This document shows positions 47,448-56,290 of a DNA stretch of 64,000 nt, in pieces. Made by a program: the position numbers and the translations under genes. A model generated the notes under the pieces. It worked only from the letters and a program-made list of their open reading frames with translations, was not told the DNA's origin and made no database searches. Source of the stretch: Acidobacteriota bacterium (GTDB lineage Bacteria > Acidobacteriota > UBA6911 > RPQK01 > CBDEGM01); assembly GCA_965237715.1 (NCBI GenBank), contig CBDEGM010000003.1:519913-583912 (forward strand), given 5' to 3'. Numbering within the stretch: the first letter of the stretch is position 1; every line of letters begins with the position of its first letter.

Positions 47448-49151
47448 TCACACCGACAAGCGATCCAGGATGTTTCGGGTGATCCTCTCCACGGTCTTGT
47501 CTCTGCCCCGCAGGCCATAAGCCCATTGGGTGCAACCCGTGGTGACCACGGTGCCGGCACGGGTGTAGGTACCCAGAACGGTTGCCCCGGGTTGAGGATG
47601 CTGCTTCCCTGAGCCTTCACCATAGAGAGCCCCGCTGACCAAACCAAGCGAGTCGTCTTGAGTGGTCAAGCCCGCCGGGGCAGTGGCGAGGATCTCAAAC
47701 CCTTCCGGGGTCCCGTCACGGTGGGTGGGAACCGGAAGCCCGTCCCGCAGTTCAAAGTCACAGCCGTCGCACTCGTAGCCGACAATCCGGTCCTGCTGAC
47801 CCAGAAGATCCCCCCCTGTTAACCCGGTACCCTCAAGGATCCAGTGCTCGGGCCGATGGACCGTGTAGGCTCCGGGGCTGTCAAGGAACTGATCGAAAAA
47901 GTTGTAATAGCCTCCGTAGGCAAAGCTGACTCCTGTCAACTGGTTCTCCGGTCGGCCAATCAGCCCGTGGCACCACATGGTGCTCAGCAGTTTGTGGTCC
48001 CCGCTTTCGTAGACCGGATCCTGTTTGTAGGCCTCCTTCCAGCAGACCAGTGCTCTGCCGTTGTCTTCAGAACGAACCTGCCACCATACAGCGTTGCCGC
48101 TGAAGAAGGCCACATTGCCGCCGGCGGCAATGAACTCTTCCAAATGATCCCGCATGGGTGAGGACCAGTACTCGTCGTGCCCAACACTGAGTATGAGGCG
48201 ATAATGGGGGAGGATTTCGGGGTGAAATTCCAGGTCCGAGCTGACTGCGTACTCAATCCGGTACCCCTGCCGCTCGGCCCAGGCCACGAACGGTTGTTCC
48301 CATCGCCTCCATTCGTTCTCCCAGGCGGTTGTTGCCTCGTGGACGTTGAGCCCGTCCGCTTCCTTCCGTATCTTGTATTCTGGAGGTCCGTTCCCGGAGA
48401 GATCTTCGATGCGCCACTGCTCACCCTCCCGGTCGGTAGTAATGGTTCCCCTCTCCGAGAGGGCAATGGGAGAGGCGTGAATGTAGGGTCCGGGAACTCG
48501 ATATTCTACCGCCTTCCGATGGAATTCCTCCTGAAGGCTGGCCGTGACCGTACCCGCCTCCAACACATCCTGGAATTCTCCCGCCATGGGAAACAGGAAG
48601 ATTCCTTCGGAGGAAGGGAAACCTGTGTAGGGGCGGTCAAAGGAGACTCTCCGGGCAGGGCCTTCCGGACCACGGTACAGGTTGCTGCCCCCGAAGGTAT
48701 TGTAGGCATTGGAGGTGTTGGTAGTCAGCTGCAACAGGATCCTGGCTTCCCGTCCCGGATGCATGGCACGCACCACAAAGAACATTTCCCCCTCGGTGGT
48801 CTGTCCCCCGCGGCTTGCCCGCAGCATCACGCTGTAGTACCCGGATTTCCATTCTTCCGGCACCGGCACTGCCACTGTCAGCGGCCAGCCGCATCCATGC
48901 GAGGACGCATTGTCGGGAATCTCATACTCAACCCCCGATACATCGTCCCGGGTCCAAACCACCTGCCTCTCGGCTCCCACACGAGCGATCTCGATCGAGT
49001 ATTTCTGTGCGTTGGTGGAAATGTGAAACCCGATCTCGTCCCCTGCGGAAACGCTCAACTGGTCAGGGTAGCCTTCGATGAAGAGTCTGCCACTGGGGGG
49101 AGTAGTCAAGTTGGCCTCCTTATGTCCTACTTCGAAGCCCGCCTTCCGCAA
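47448..49151 (-). CDS. hypothetical protein, possibly N,N-dimethylformamidase large-subunit-like family
   Basis: 567 aa. A GHDEYWS-containing segment loosely recalls DmfA2-like proteins. Assignment is tentative. Confidence 0.45.
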   Translation of the reverse strand: MRKAGFEVGHKEANLTTPPSGRLFIEGYPDQLSVSAGDEIGFHISTNAQKYSIEIARVGAERQVVWTRDDVSGVEYEIPDNASSHGCGWPLTVAVPVPEEWKSGYYSVMLRASRGGQTTEGEMFFVVRAMHPGREARILLQLTTNTSNAYNTFGGSNLYRGPEGPARRVSFDRPYTGFPSSEGIFLFPMAGEFQDVLEAGTVTASLQEEFHRKAVEYRVPGPYIHASPIALSERGTITTDREGEQWRIEDLSGNGPPEYKIRKEADGLNVHEATTAWENEWRRWEQPFVAWAERQGYRIEYAVSSDLEFHPEILPHYRLILSVGHDEYWSSPMRDHLEEFIAAGGNVAFFSGNAVWWQVRSEDNGRALVCWKEAYKQDPVYESGDHKLLSTMWCHGLIGRPENQLTGVSFAYGGYYNFFDQFLDSPGAYTVHRPEHWILEGTGLTGGDLLGQQDRIVGYECDGCDFELRDGLPVPTHRDGTPEGFEILATAPAGLTTQDDSLGLVSGALYGEGSGKQHPQPGATVLGTYTRAGTVVTTGCTQWAYGLRGRDKTVERITRNILDRLSV

Positions 49152-49343
49152 GCTGGACGGGCTAGACTATCATCAACGAAGAAAAACTGCATGAGTGTGG
49201 TGGCGAATTCTTACTGGCCTTCTTATGGAAGCCGCCTCAGACGGCGAGGGGTAAAATCATTTGGTCAACGCGCCCTTGGAACCTGATGGAACTTGGAACT
49301 CAGCGAGCATACCTTACTATATTTAAGGAATGGTGTACGTAGG

Positions 49344-51638
49344 ATGAATCATACTCATGGGACCTGGGAGTCACTCCCCAGCCTGGTCACTGCCACCTTG
49401 TGCCTGTTCCTGTTTGGCTGTAATCATGTCTTGCCTCAGGAGCGAAGAGATACTTCCGGCGCAGAAGAGCCGGTGCCGGAAAAGCCAGCCGCATCAGAGC
49501 TGCCGAGGACCCAGACCCCGGGGCATCGCAGGATGCTCGATCTTCTCACTGAGATTGCTCGACGCACGCCGGAGGAGCATCCCTATCTGGGAGACCGGAG
49601 GGCACGTGAATTGCGGCAGCAGCTGGCGAGTTTGGACGAGGAGGAGGAGGACGCGGATCCTCTCGACCGGTGGCTACTCCACCTCCGCCTGGGAGCCGCT
49701 GAGCTGGATTTGGGGAATGTGCGAACCGGCATCGAGCATCTTTCTCGGGCTCATCAACTCCTACCCCAGGTAAAAGCGAAGATCAAACCGTTTTGGGCCA
49801 ATGAGACGATTTTCCAGCTCGGGATGGGCTACCTGCGGTTAGGCGAGATCGAGAATTGCGCGCTGCGCCACACGGCCGAAAGCTGTATTGTACCGATCCG
49901 GAAAGAAGGTGTGCATGTGCTGCAGGAAGGCTCGAGAAAGGCCATTCGGCATTTTCTCGAGTTATTGAACGAGACCTCGGAGGAAGAAGCCTCACACCTC
50001 TCGGCCCGGTGGCTGCTCAACATCGCCTACATGACGATCGGGGGCTATCCCGACGATGTGCCCGGGCGCCACCTGATCCCACCCAAGGCATTCGAATCTG
50101 AGATCGACTTCCCTCGTTTCCAGAACATTGCTCCGAAGCTGGGGCTGGACACGATGAGCTTGTCCGGAGGCGCGATCGTCGATGACTTTGACAACGATGA
50201 TTTTCTGGATATCGTCACCTCGAGCTGGGACGTTTCCGGACCGATGCGCCTGTTCCGAAACAACCGGGACGGTACCTTCTCTGAGCGCAGCCGGGAGGCC
50301 GGGCTGACGGGCCTGTATGGAGGTCTCAACCTGAAGCAAGCCGACTATGACAATGACGGCAACCTGGACATCCTGGTGCTGCGTGGCGCCTGGGCGGGAA
50401 AAGCGGGGCGACATCCCAACTCGCTCCTTCGCAACCAGGGAGACGGGACGTTTCGGGACGTGACCTTTGAGGCAGGACTGGGTGAGGTCCACTACCCGAC
50501 TCAAACGGCTGCCTGGGCAGACTACGACAACGACGGTGATCTGGACCTTTACATAGGCAATGAGGCAACGGCAGGCTTTGCCGCTCCCGGACAGCTGTTT
50601 CGCAATAACGGCGACGGCACCTTCACAGACGTAGCCGCCCAGGCGGGCGTCCAGAATCAGGGCTACACCAAAGGGGTAGCCTGGGGAGACTATAACAGCG
50701 ATCGATTTCCCGATCTTTACGTTTCCAACTACCAGGGTCCGAATCGCCTTTACCACAACAACAGCGACGGAACCTTTACGGACGTGGCGCCACGGCTGCA
50801 GGTGGGCAGGCCCAAGGTGAGTTTTCCGGTTTGGTTTTGGGATTTTGACAATGACGGCGTGCGGGATCTGTTTGTCCCCACATACGAAGGGTTCGTCGAG
50901 CATGTTGCGGCATATTACCTGGGCCTACCTCCCAAGTTTGAATTGGCTTGCCTGTATCGCGGCGACGGGCAAGGTGGATTCCAGGAGGTGGCCAAAGAGT
51001 ACAATCTCGACTATCCGATGCTTCCCATGGGATCGAATTTCGGTGATTTGAACAACGATGGCTACCTCGATTTTTACCTGGGTACGGGCGATCCGGCTTT
51101 CAAAAGCCTGATGCCCAACATCATGTTTCTGAATGATCGAGGCAAAAGGTTCACCAATGTAACTATGGGGGGCGGTTTTGGCCACCTGCAGAAGGGACAC
51201 TCGGTGGCCTTTGCCGATCTGGACAACGACGGAGATCTGGACATCTTCGAGCAAATGGGGGGCGCCTTCCCCGGCGATCCCTTCAGCGATGCTCTCTATG
51301 AAAACCCGGGGTTTGGCAATCACTGGATCACGGTAAAGCTGGTCGGGGTCCAGTCCAACCGCTCGGCATTGGGAGCTCGTATCCGAGTCGAGATCCTGGA
51401 GGAGGGAAAGATGCGGTCGATTTACCGAGACGTCGACAGCGGCGGCAGCTTTGGCGGTAATCCCCTCCGTCAAACCATCGGCCTGGGAAGGGCCAGCAAG
51501 ATTCGGGTGCTCGAGGTCTTCTGGCCGGCGACCGGGCTTACCCAAGTCTTCTCCAACATCCCTTTCGATCAGATCATTCAGATTGTTGAAGCCAGCAGCG
51601 AGTACACGACTTTGTCTCTGAAGAGGCTTCGTTTTTGA
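49344..51638 (+). CDS. CRTAC1-like lipoprotein: N-terminal helical/TPR-like region + FG-GAP repeats + ASPIC/UnbV C-terminal domain
   Basis: Lipobox LFLFGC. Repeated FDNDDFLD/YDNDGNLD/YDNDGDLD beta-propeller calcium-binding repeats. C-terminal NRSALGARIRVEI...GGSFGG UnbV/ASPIC domain. Confidence 0.7.
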   Translation: MNHTHGTWESLPSLVTATLCLFLFGCNHVLPQERRDTSGAEEPVPEKPAASELPRTQTPGHRRMLDLLTEIARRTPEEHPYLGDRRARELRQQLASLDEEEEDADPLDRWLLHLRLGAAELDLGNVRTGIEHLSRAHQLLPQVKAKIKPFWANETIFQLGMGYLRLGEIENCALRHTAESCIVPIRKEGVHVLQEGSRKAIRHFLELLNETSEEEASHLSARWLLNIAYMTIGGYPDDVPGRHLIPPKAFESEIDFPRFQNIAPKLGLDTMSLSGGAIVDDFDNDDFLDIVTSSWDVSGPMRLFRNNRDGTFSERSREAGLTGLYGGLNLKQADYDNDGNLDILVLRGAWAGKAGRHPNSLLRNQGDGTFRDVTFEAGLGEVHYPTQTAAWADYDNDGDLDLYIGNEATAGFAAPGQLFRNNGDGTFTDVAAQAGVQNQGYTKGVAWGDYNSDRFPDLYVSNYQGPNRLYHNNSDGTFTDVAPRLQVGRPKVSFPVWFWDFDNDGVRDLFVPTYEGFVEHVAAYYLGLPPKFELACLYRGDGQGGFQEVAKEYNLDYPMLPMGSNFGDLNNDGYLDFYLGTGDPAFKSLMPNIMFLNDRGKRFTNVTMGGGFGHLQKGHSVAFADLDNDGDLDIFEQMGGAFPGDPFSDALYENPGFGNHWITVKLVGVQSNRSALGARIRVEILEEGKMRSIYRDVDSGGSFGGNPLRQTIGLGRASKIRVLEVFWPATGLTQVFSNIPFDQIIQIVEASSEYTTLSLKRLRF

Positions 51639-51641
51639 TCC

Positions 51642-53339
51642 ATGAGCAAATCTCTGCTTCTGATGTTCTCCTTGGCAACTCTTAGTACTCCCTTCCATAA
51701 ATACGATGACGTATGTTGGGAGCGCGACGGAGACCAGATCGAGGCGCGACGACGAGTCGATGTGGAGACATCGGCGAGGAGGAGCAACAAAGAGATGGGC
51801 CCGTACCGCCCCAACCCTTTGGGCGGATGGGGGTTGCGGGCGATCTCTTTGTCGTTTGTCGTCGACGATGCCTCTGCATCGCCTAACGATGCCACCGCAT
51901 CGCCTCCTCCTCTCTTCGCGACCTCACCTCGCAAGCCCCATCCGCATACGTCATCGTATTTATGGAAGGGAGTACTAAGTCCGGCTCCGGGACCAACGCA
52001 ACTGCGGGCCTTCCCACAAGGGGAGGATAGTGAAGAAGCGGTGAGCTTGGCGCGTCGGTACGCCCGGGAAGAGAAGCTTCTGAAGGCCGTGTCCGAGTAC
52101 CGGCGGGCACTGCAGTGGGACCCCACTCATGAACCGGCAGCCTTGGAATTTACGAGCCTTCTCTATGGTATGGGTCGCCATAAGGAGGCCTACGCCGTCA
52201 GCCGCCAGCTCCTGCGCGATCATCCAGAGCTGCTGCGGGTACGTCTCAATTTCGCTTCTCTTCTGCAGAAGGCCGGAAAGCTGGAAGAGGCGGAAACCGA
52301 GACTCAGATGGTATTGTCGGAACTGGAAGGAAAGGTCTCCGAGGACCACCCGATTCGAGCGTACGCGCTGCACCTGCTGGGAAGGAATCGACTCAATAGT
52401 GAACGCTACGGAGAAGCAGAGAAATATTTCCTGAAGGTGATCGGGTGGAATCCCGACTTTTCCGAAGCCCATCTCAATCTGGCACAGTTGTACACACTGA
52501 TGCCGGAGAGCAAGGAGAGAGCAGTCCTGCATTTTCAGAAGGTAGTGGAACTACTGCCCGAGTCGGCATTTGCCCGCCTGAAATTTGGGGAAACCCTGCT
52601 CAATATAGGGAAGAGCCGCCAGGCCATCGCCCATCTGGAAAAGGCGGTTGAGTTGGCTCCCGATTCCGCAGCAGCGTACTATCGCCTTGCTTCCGCCTAC
52701 CGCAATGAGGGCGACATTGCAAAAACCGAACGGATTCTTTCCCGCTTTCACACACTCGACTCCAAGAACCGGTTCTGGGAGAGATCCCGGGCAAAAGCTC
52801 AGGCCTTCTATAAGGAAGGAACAGAGAATCTGAAGCGTGGCGACGTGGGTCACAACAACCAAAAGAACGTGGAAAAGGCCCTCAGGGTATTTGAGAAAGC
52901 AGTGGCACTCTCACCCGATTATCATGAAGCTCATTCCGGCCTGGCTCAAGGCTATCTGGATCTTTCCCGTCCCCGGGAAGCGCTAAACCATATTGATCAG
53001 GCTCTCTCACTGCAACCCTACGACTCCCACTGCCACTATATTCGAGCCCTCTGCCTACAGGGGCTCAGAAACATTACCGCTGCCCTCGAGGCGCTGGAAA
53101 ACGCCATCAACCTGGATCCCTCTCTGGCCCAATACCACAATCTTCTGGGGAATCTCTTCTTCAGCAACGGCCAGTACCAGGAAACCGTATCTGCTTACCG
53201 GAAGGCGGTGGATTTGGAGCCCTTGAATGCCCTGTACCATCTGAACCTCTCCTCCGCCTTAGCGAAAATTAACCGCTTCGATGAAAGCAAGAAGGAGAAG
53301 GAACGGTATCAAAAGCTTCTCACCAAACCGTCGGAGTAG
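51642..53339 (+). CDS. TPR-repeat protein; 5' region traversed by the MITE (true start may be GTG near 52036)
   Basis: About 10 TPR units from residue ~130 onward. The ORF is open through the 293-bp MITE, which begins after a signal-like MSKSLLLMFSLATL. Confidence 0.6.
   Translation: MSKSLLLMFSLATLSTPFHKYDDVCWERDGDQIEARRRVDVETSARRSNKEMGPYRPNPLGGWGLRAISLSFVVDDASASPNDATASPPPLFATSPRKPHPHTSSYLWKGVLSPAPGPTQLRAFPQGEDSEEAVSLARRYAREEKLLKAVSEYRRALQWDPTHEPAALEFTSLLYGMGRHKEAYAVSRQLLRDHPELLRVRLNFASLLQKAGKLEEAETETQMVLSELEGKVSEDHPIRAYALHLLGRNRLNSERYGEAEKYFLKVIGWNPDFSEAHLNLAQLYTLMPESKERAVLHFQKVVELLPESAFARLKFGETLLNIGKSRQAIAHLEKAVELAPDSAAAYYRLASAYRNEGDIAKTERILSRFHTLDSKNRFWERSRAKAQAFYKEGTENLKRGDVGHNNQKNVEKALRVFEKAVALSPDYHEAHSGLAQGYLDLSRPREALNHIDQALSLQPYDSHCHYIRALCLQGLRNITAALEALENAINLDPSLAQYHNLLGNLFFSNGQYQETVSAYRKAVDLEPLNALYHLNLSSALAKINRFDESKKEKERYQKLLTKPSE
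51684..51976. mobile_element. MITE-like palindromic element, copy 2 (293 bp), lying inside the 51642..53339 ORF
   Basis: Ends are AGTACTCCCTTCCATAAATACGATGACGTATG ... CATACGTCATCGTATTTATGGAAGGGAGTACT. Its first half matches the reverse complement of copy 1. Confidence 0.7.
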
Positions 53340-53341
53340 AA

Positions 53342-55102
53342 GTGGGAATCCTCAAAGGTACGCTGGGTTTTCTGCTGCTTTTTCCCGTTCTCACTGAAGC
53401 GGGGCCGGCGCAATCACCCCAGGATGCTCCTGCGTCAGTGGAATTCGTCGATGTGACCGGGGCCTCCGGAATTGATTTCCAGCATGTGAGGGCCTCGACT
53501 TCTGAGAAATACCTGGTGGAGGTTATGGGCTCCGGTTGCGCGTTTTTCGATTACGACGCAGATGGTTGGTTGGACATCTTTCTGGTGAACGGGGGCGCGG
53601 TCCCGGGCTTCCGCTACCCGGGAGCGATCGATCACGCCCTCTATCGAAATCTCGGCAACGGAAAGTTTCAGAACATGACCCGTCGATCCGGAATCCGAAA
53701 ACCATCCCACTATGGCATGGGTGTGGCGGTTGGCGATTACGACAATGACGGGTTCGATGATCTCTACCTGACCTACTTCGGAGGCCCAAACCAGCTTTAC
53801 CGCAATCGTGGAGACGGAAGCTTCGACGACGTAACCAGGAGGGCCGGTGTGGGGGGTGATGGCCAGTGGAGCACGAGTGCCGCCTTTTTTGACTACAACA
53901 ATGACGGGTTCCTGGATCTCTATGTTACCCGCTACACGGATTTTCACTATGATCGCAACCGAGTCTGTGGACCCGTGGAGAAGGGACACCGGGGCTACTG
54001 CAACCCCAAGGTTTATGATGGCGTTTCCGATCTGCTTTTCCAAAACAACAGAGACGGTACCTTCACCGACGTCAGTGTCGCCAGTGGTATTTCCGTGTTG
54101 CCGGCCAAAGGCCTTGGTGTGGTGGGAGCCGATCTCGATCAAGACGGCTGGCCGGATCTCTATGTGGCAAACGATACGGATCCGAATTATCTTTTTCGCA
54201 ACAACGGGGACGGAACCTTTCGGGAGATGGGCCTTCTGGCGGGGGTGGCCCTCAGCGAGAACGGAAAGGCACAATCGGGTATGGGTATTGGTTGTGCCGA
54301 CTATGACCGGGATGGCCTGTTCGATCTGGCCGTGACCAATCTTGACGTACCGGAATATCTTGCGGTGTATCGCAACCTGGGTCACCTCTTTTTTGAGGAT
54401 GTGAGCGCGCGACTCCGCATCAAGCGTGCCAGCAGCAGGTACGTGGGATTCGGAGTGGGATTTTTCGATTTTGATAATGATGGAGATTTGGATCTGTTTG
54501 TCGGCAACGGGCACATCAACGATGTTCTCCTGACGGGTGAGAATATCTCCCTGAAACAGCCGAAGCTCCTGTTTGAGAATCTGCGAGGGAGGTTTCGGGA
54601 AGTTGCCTCACACCACGGCGAAGCCCTGCTCGAAACACAACTCAGCCGGGGGGTGGCCTTCGGTGACTACGATAACGATGTCGATGTCGACGTTCTCGTT
54701 GCTAACGGTGGGGAGAAACCTGCACTTCTGCGCAATGACGGGGGCAATCGGAAGCACTGGCTCAGCATTCGCCTTCAGGGAACCAAAAGTAACCGCAATG
54801 GAATTGGCGCGGTTCTCACTCTGAAAACGGAAGCGGGCATTCAGAAAACCGTGCTGGCGGAAGGGGGAAGCTACCTTTCCAGCAACGATCTGAGACTTCA
54901 TTTCGGCCTGAGGGAGCAACAGAAAGTCAGTAAACTGGAGATTCACTGGCCCAGCGGCGTCGTGGATCAGATGGGGCCCATCGAATGCAACCAGTTGATT
55001 GTGGTAAGAGAAGGGACGAAACAGAAAGGGCGGCAGGTCGAACTCAATTCGGGCTCTACAGTTAACCACCAAGACACAAAGACACCAAGGTTCACAAAGT
55101 AA
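53342..55102 (+). CDS. CRTAC1-like secreted protein (FG-GAP repeats + ASPIC/UnbV domain)
   Basis: GTG start with signal peptide. YDADGWLDIFLVNGG-type FG-GAP repeats. C-terminal NRNGIGAVLTLKT...GGSYLS UnbV/ASPIC domain. Confidence 0.7.
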   Translation: MGILKGTLGFLLLFPVLTEAGPAQSPQDAPASVEFVDVTGASGIDFQHVRASTSEKYLVEVMGSGCAFFDYDADGWLDIFLVNGGAVPGFRYPGAIDHALYRNLGNGKFQNMTRRSGIRKPSHYGMGVAVGDYDNDGFDDLYLTYFGGPNQLYRNRGDGSFDDVTRRAGVGGDGQWSTSAAFFDYNNDGFLDLYVTRYTDFHYDRNRVCGPVEKGHRGYCNPKVYDGVSDLLFQNNRDGTFTDVSVASGISVLPAKGLGVVGADLDQDGWPDLYVANDTDPNYLFRNNGDGTFREMGLLAGVALSENGKAQSGMGIGCADYDRDGLFDLAVTNLDVPEYLAVYRNLGHLFFEDVSARLRIKRASSRYVGFGVGFFDFDNDGDLDLFVGNGHINDVLLTGENISLKQPKLLFENLRGRFREVASHHGEALLETQLSRGVAFGDYDNDVDVDVLVANGGEKPALLRNDGGNRKHWLSIRLQGTKSNRNGIGAVLTLKTEAGIQKTVLAEGGSYLSSNDLRLHFGLREQQKVSKLEIHWPSGVVDQMGPIECNQLIVVREGTKQKGRQVELNSGSTVNHQDTKTPRFTK

Positions 55103-55140
55103 TCCTCTTGGTGCCTCTTTGTGTCTTGGTGTCTTTGTGG
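55062..55140 (+). terminator. long imperfect hairpin spanning the stop codon of the 53342..55102 gene, followed by a T-rich tract
   Basis: caccaagacacaaagacaccaagg ... ccttggtgtctttgtg arms, then gtaaaaaactcttt. Confidence 0.35.
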
Positions 55141-55223
55141 TAAAAAACTCTTTCCCGAAGATCAACTAAGCCAACTGGCAGCTGCCGGCTGGAAGCCGGC
55201 GTTACTTTCCGGAGGAGGGAGAC

Positions 55224-56102
55224 ATGGCAACGCTGATTACAGGCGGTACTGGATTCATAGGGGCCGAAGTAGCGCGTCTCTTGCTCAAGCGGGGGGAAGA
55301 CGATACTACTGTCTTCGATATCAGCGCCTCCACCCAGCGCCTGGACGAGATCGCCGGAGATGTGAAGTTGGTCCCAGGGGATCTGGGGAATTTCAGCCAT
55401 GTCCTGGATGTGGTGCGCCAGAGCTCGCCGGAAGTCGTGTACCACCTGGGCGGCATGCTCTCGGTGCCGTCGGAAAAGGATCCGCAGGCGGCGATTTCCG
55501 TCAACGCAATGGGGACGTTTCACGTGCTGGAGGCTGCGCGCCTGTTTGACGTACAGAAGGTGATTTTCACGAGCAGCATCGGCACCTACGGCCTGGGGCT
55601 GACCGAGGACTCGCTCAATGACTTAACGCTTCAGAGACCACAGCTGATCTATGGCGCGTGCAAGCTCTTTGGGGAACACATGGGCCTCTTCTACCGGCGC
55701 AAGTACGGAATCGACTACCGAGGTATCCGATACCCGTCCATCCTCGGACCTGGTGTTCGATCACCCGGCGCGACCCAGTACACCTCGTGGGTCCTGGAGG
55801 AGAGCTTCAAAGGCAACCCTTTCACGATTTGGGCCAGGCCGGACACCAGAGCACCCATGCTCTACTTTAAGGACGCCGCCCTTGCCATAGTCGCGCTGGC
55901 ACAGGCTTCGGCCGAGCGCATGAAGACAGTCAACTATCTGGTTGCGGGTCCTACACCGATTCCGAGCGCGAGTGAACTGGTGGACGTGGTCCGAAGAAAG
56001 ATTCCGGAAGCTCGAATCGACTTCAAGGTCGACGAGGAAATTCAGTCGCTCCTCGACAATTTCCTTAAGCCGATCGACGACCGGTGCGCCCGAGAGGAGT
56101 AG
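55224..56102 (+). CDS. NAD-dependent epimerase/dehydratase family SDR
   Basis: MATLITGGTGFIGAEVARLL Rossmann motif. YGACK catalytic Tyr-x3-Lys. Confidence 0.8.
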   Translation: MATLITGGTGFIGAEVARLLLKRGEDDTTVFDISASTQRLDEIAGDVKLVPGDLGNFSHVLDVVRQSSPEVVYHLGGMLSVPSEKDPQAAISVNAMGTFHVLEAARLFDVQKVIFTSSIGTYGLGLTEDSLNDLTLQRPQLIYGACKLFGEHMGLFYRRKYGIDYRGIRYPSILGPGVRSPGATQYTSWVLEESFKGNPFTIWARPDTRAPMLYFKDAALAIVALAQASAERMKTVNYLVAGPTPIPSASELVDVVRRKIPEARIDFKVDEEIQSLLDNFLKPIDDRCAREE

Positions 56103-56290
56103 GGGTGGCAGCCGTCTTATGAGCTGGAAGAAATGGTAGATGATTTTCTTCGAGAGCTGCGCGAGAATCCCCAGAGATATGAGTCACCTCAAAAGCCCCA
56201 AGTCGCCACATAGCAGCGAGTGACGGAAGCGCGCTTCCAAGATGGTCCTTGCTTGAAAAGGGATTTCCTATGTGCCAGGGTATCGGAGGA

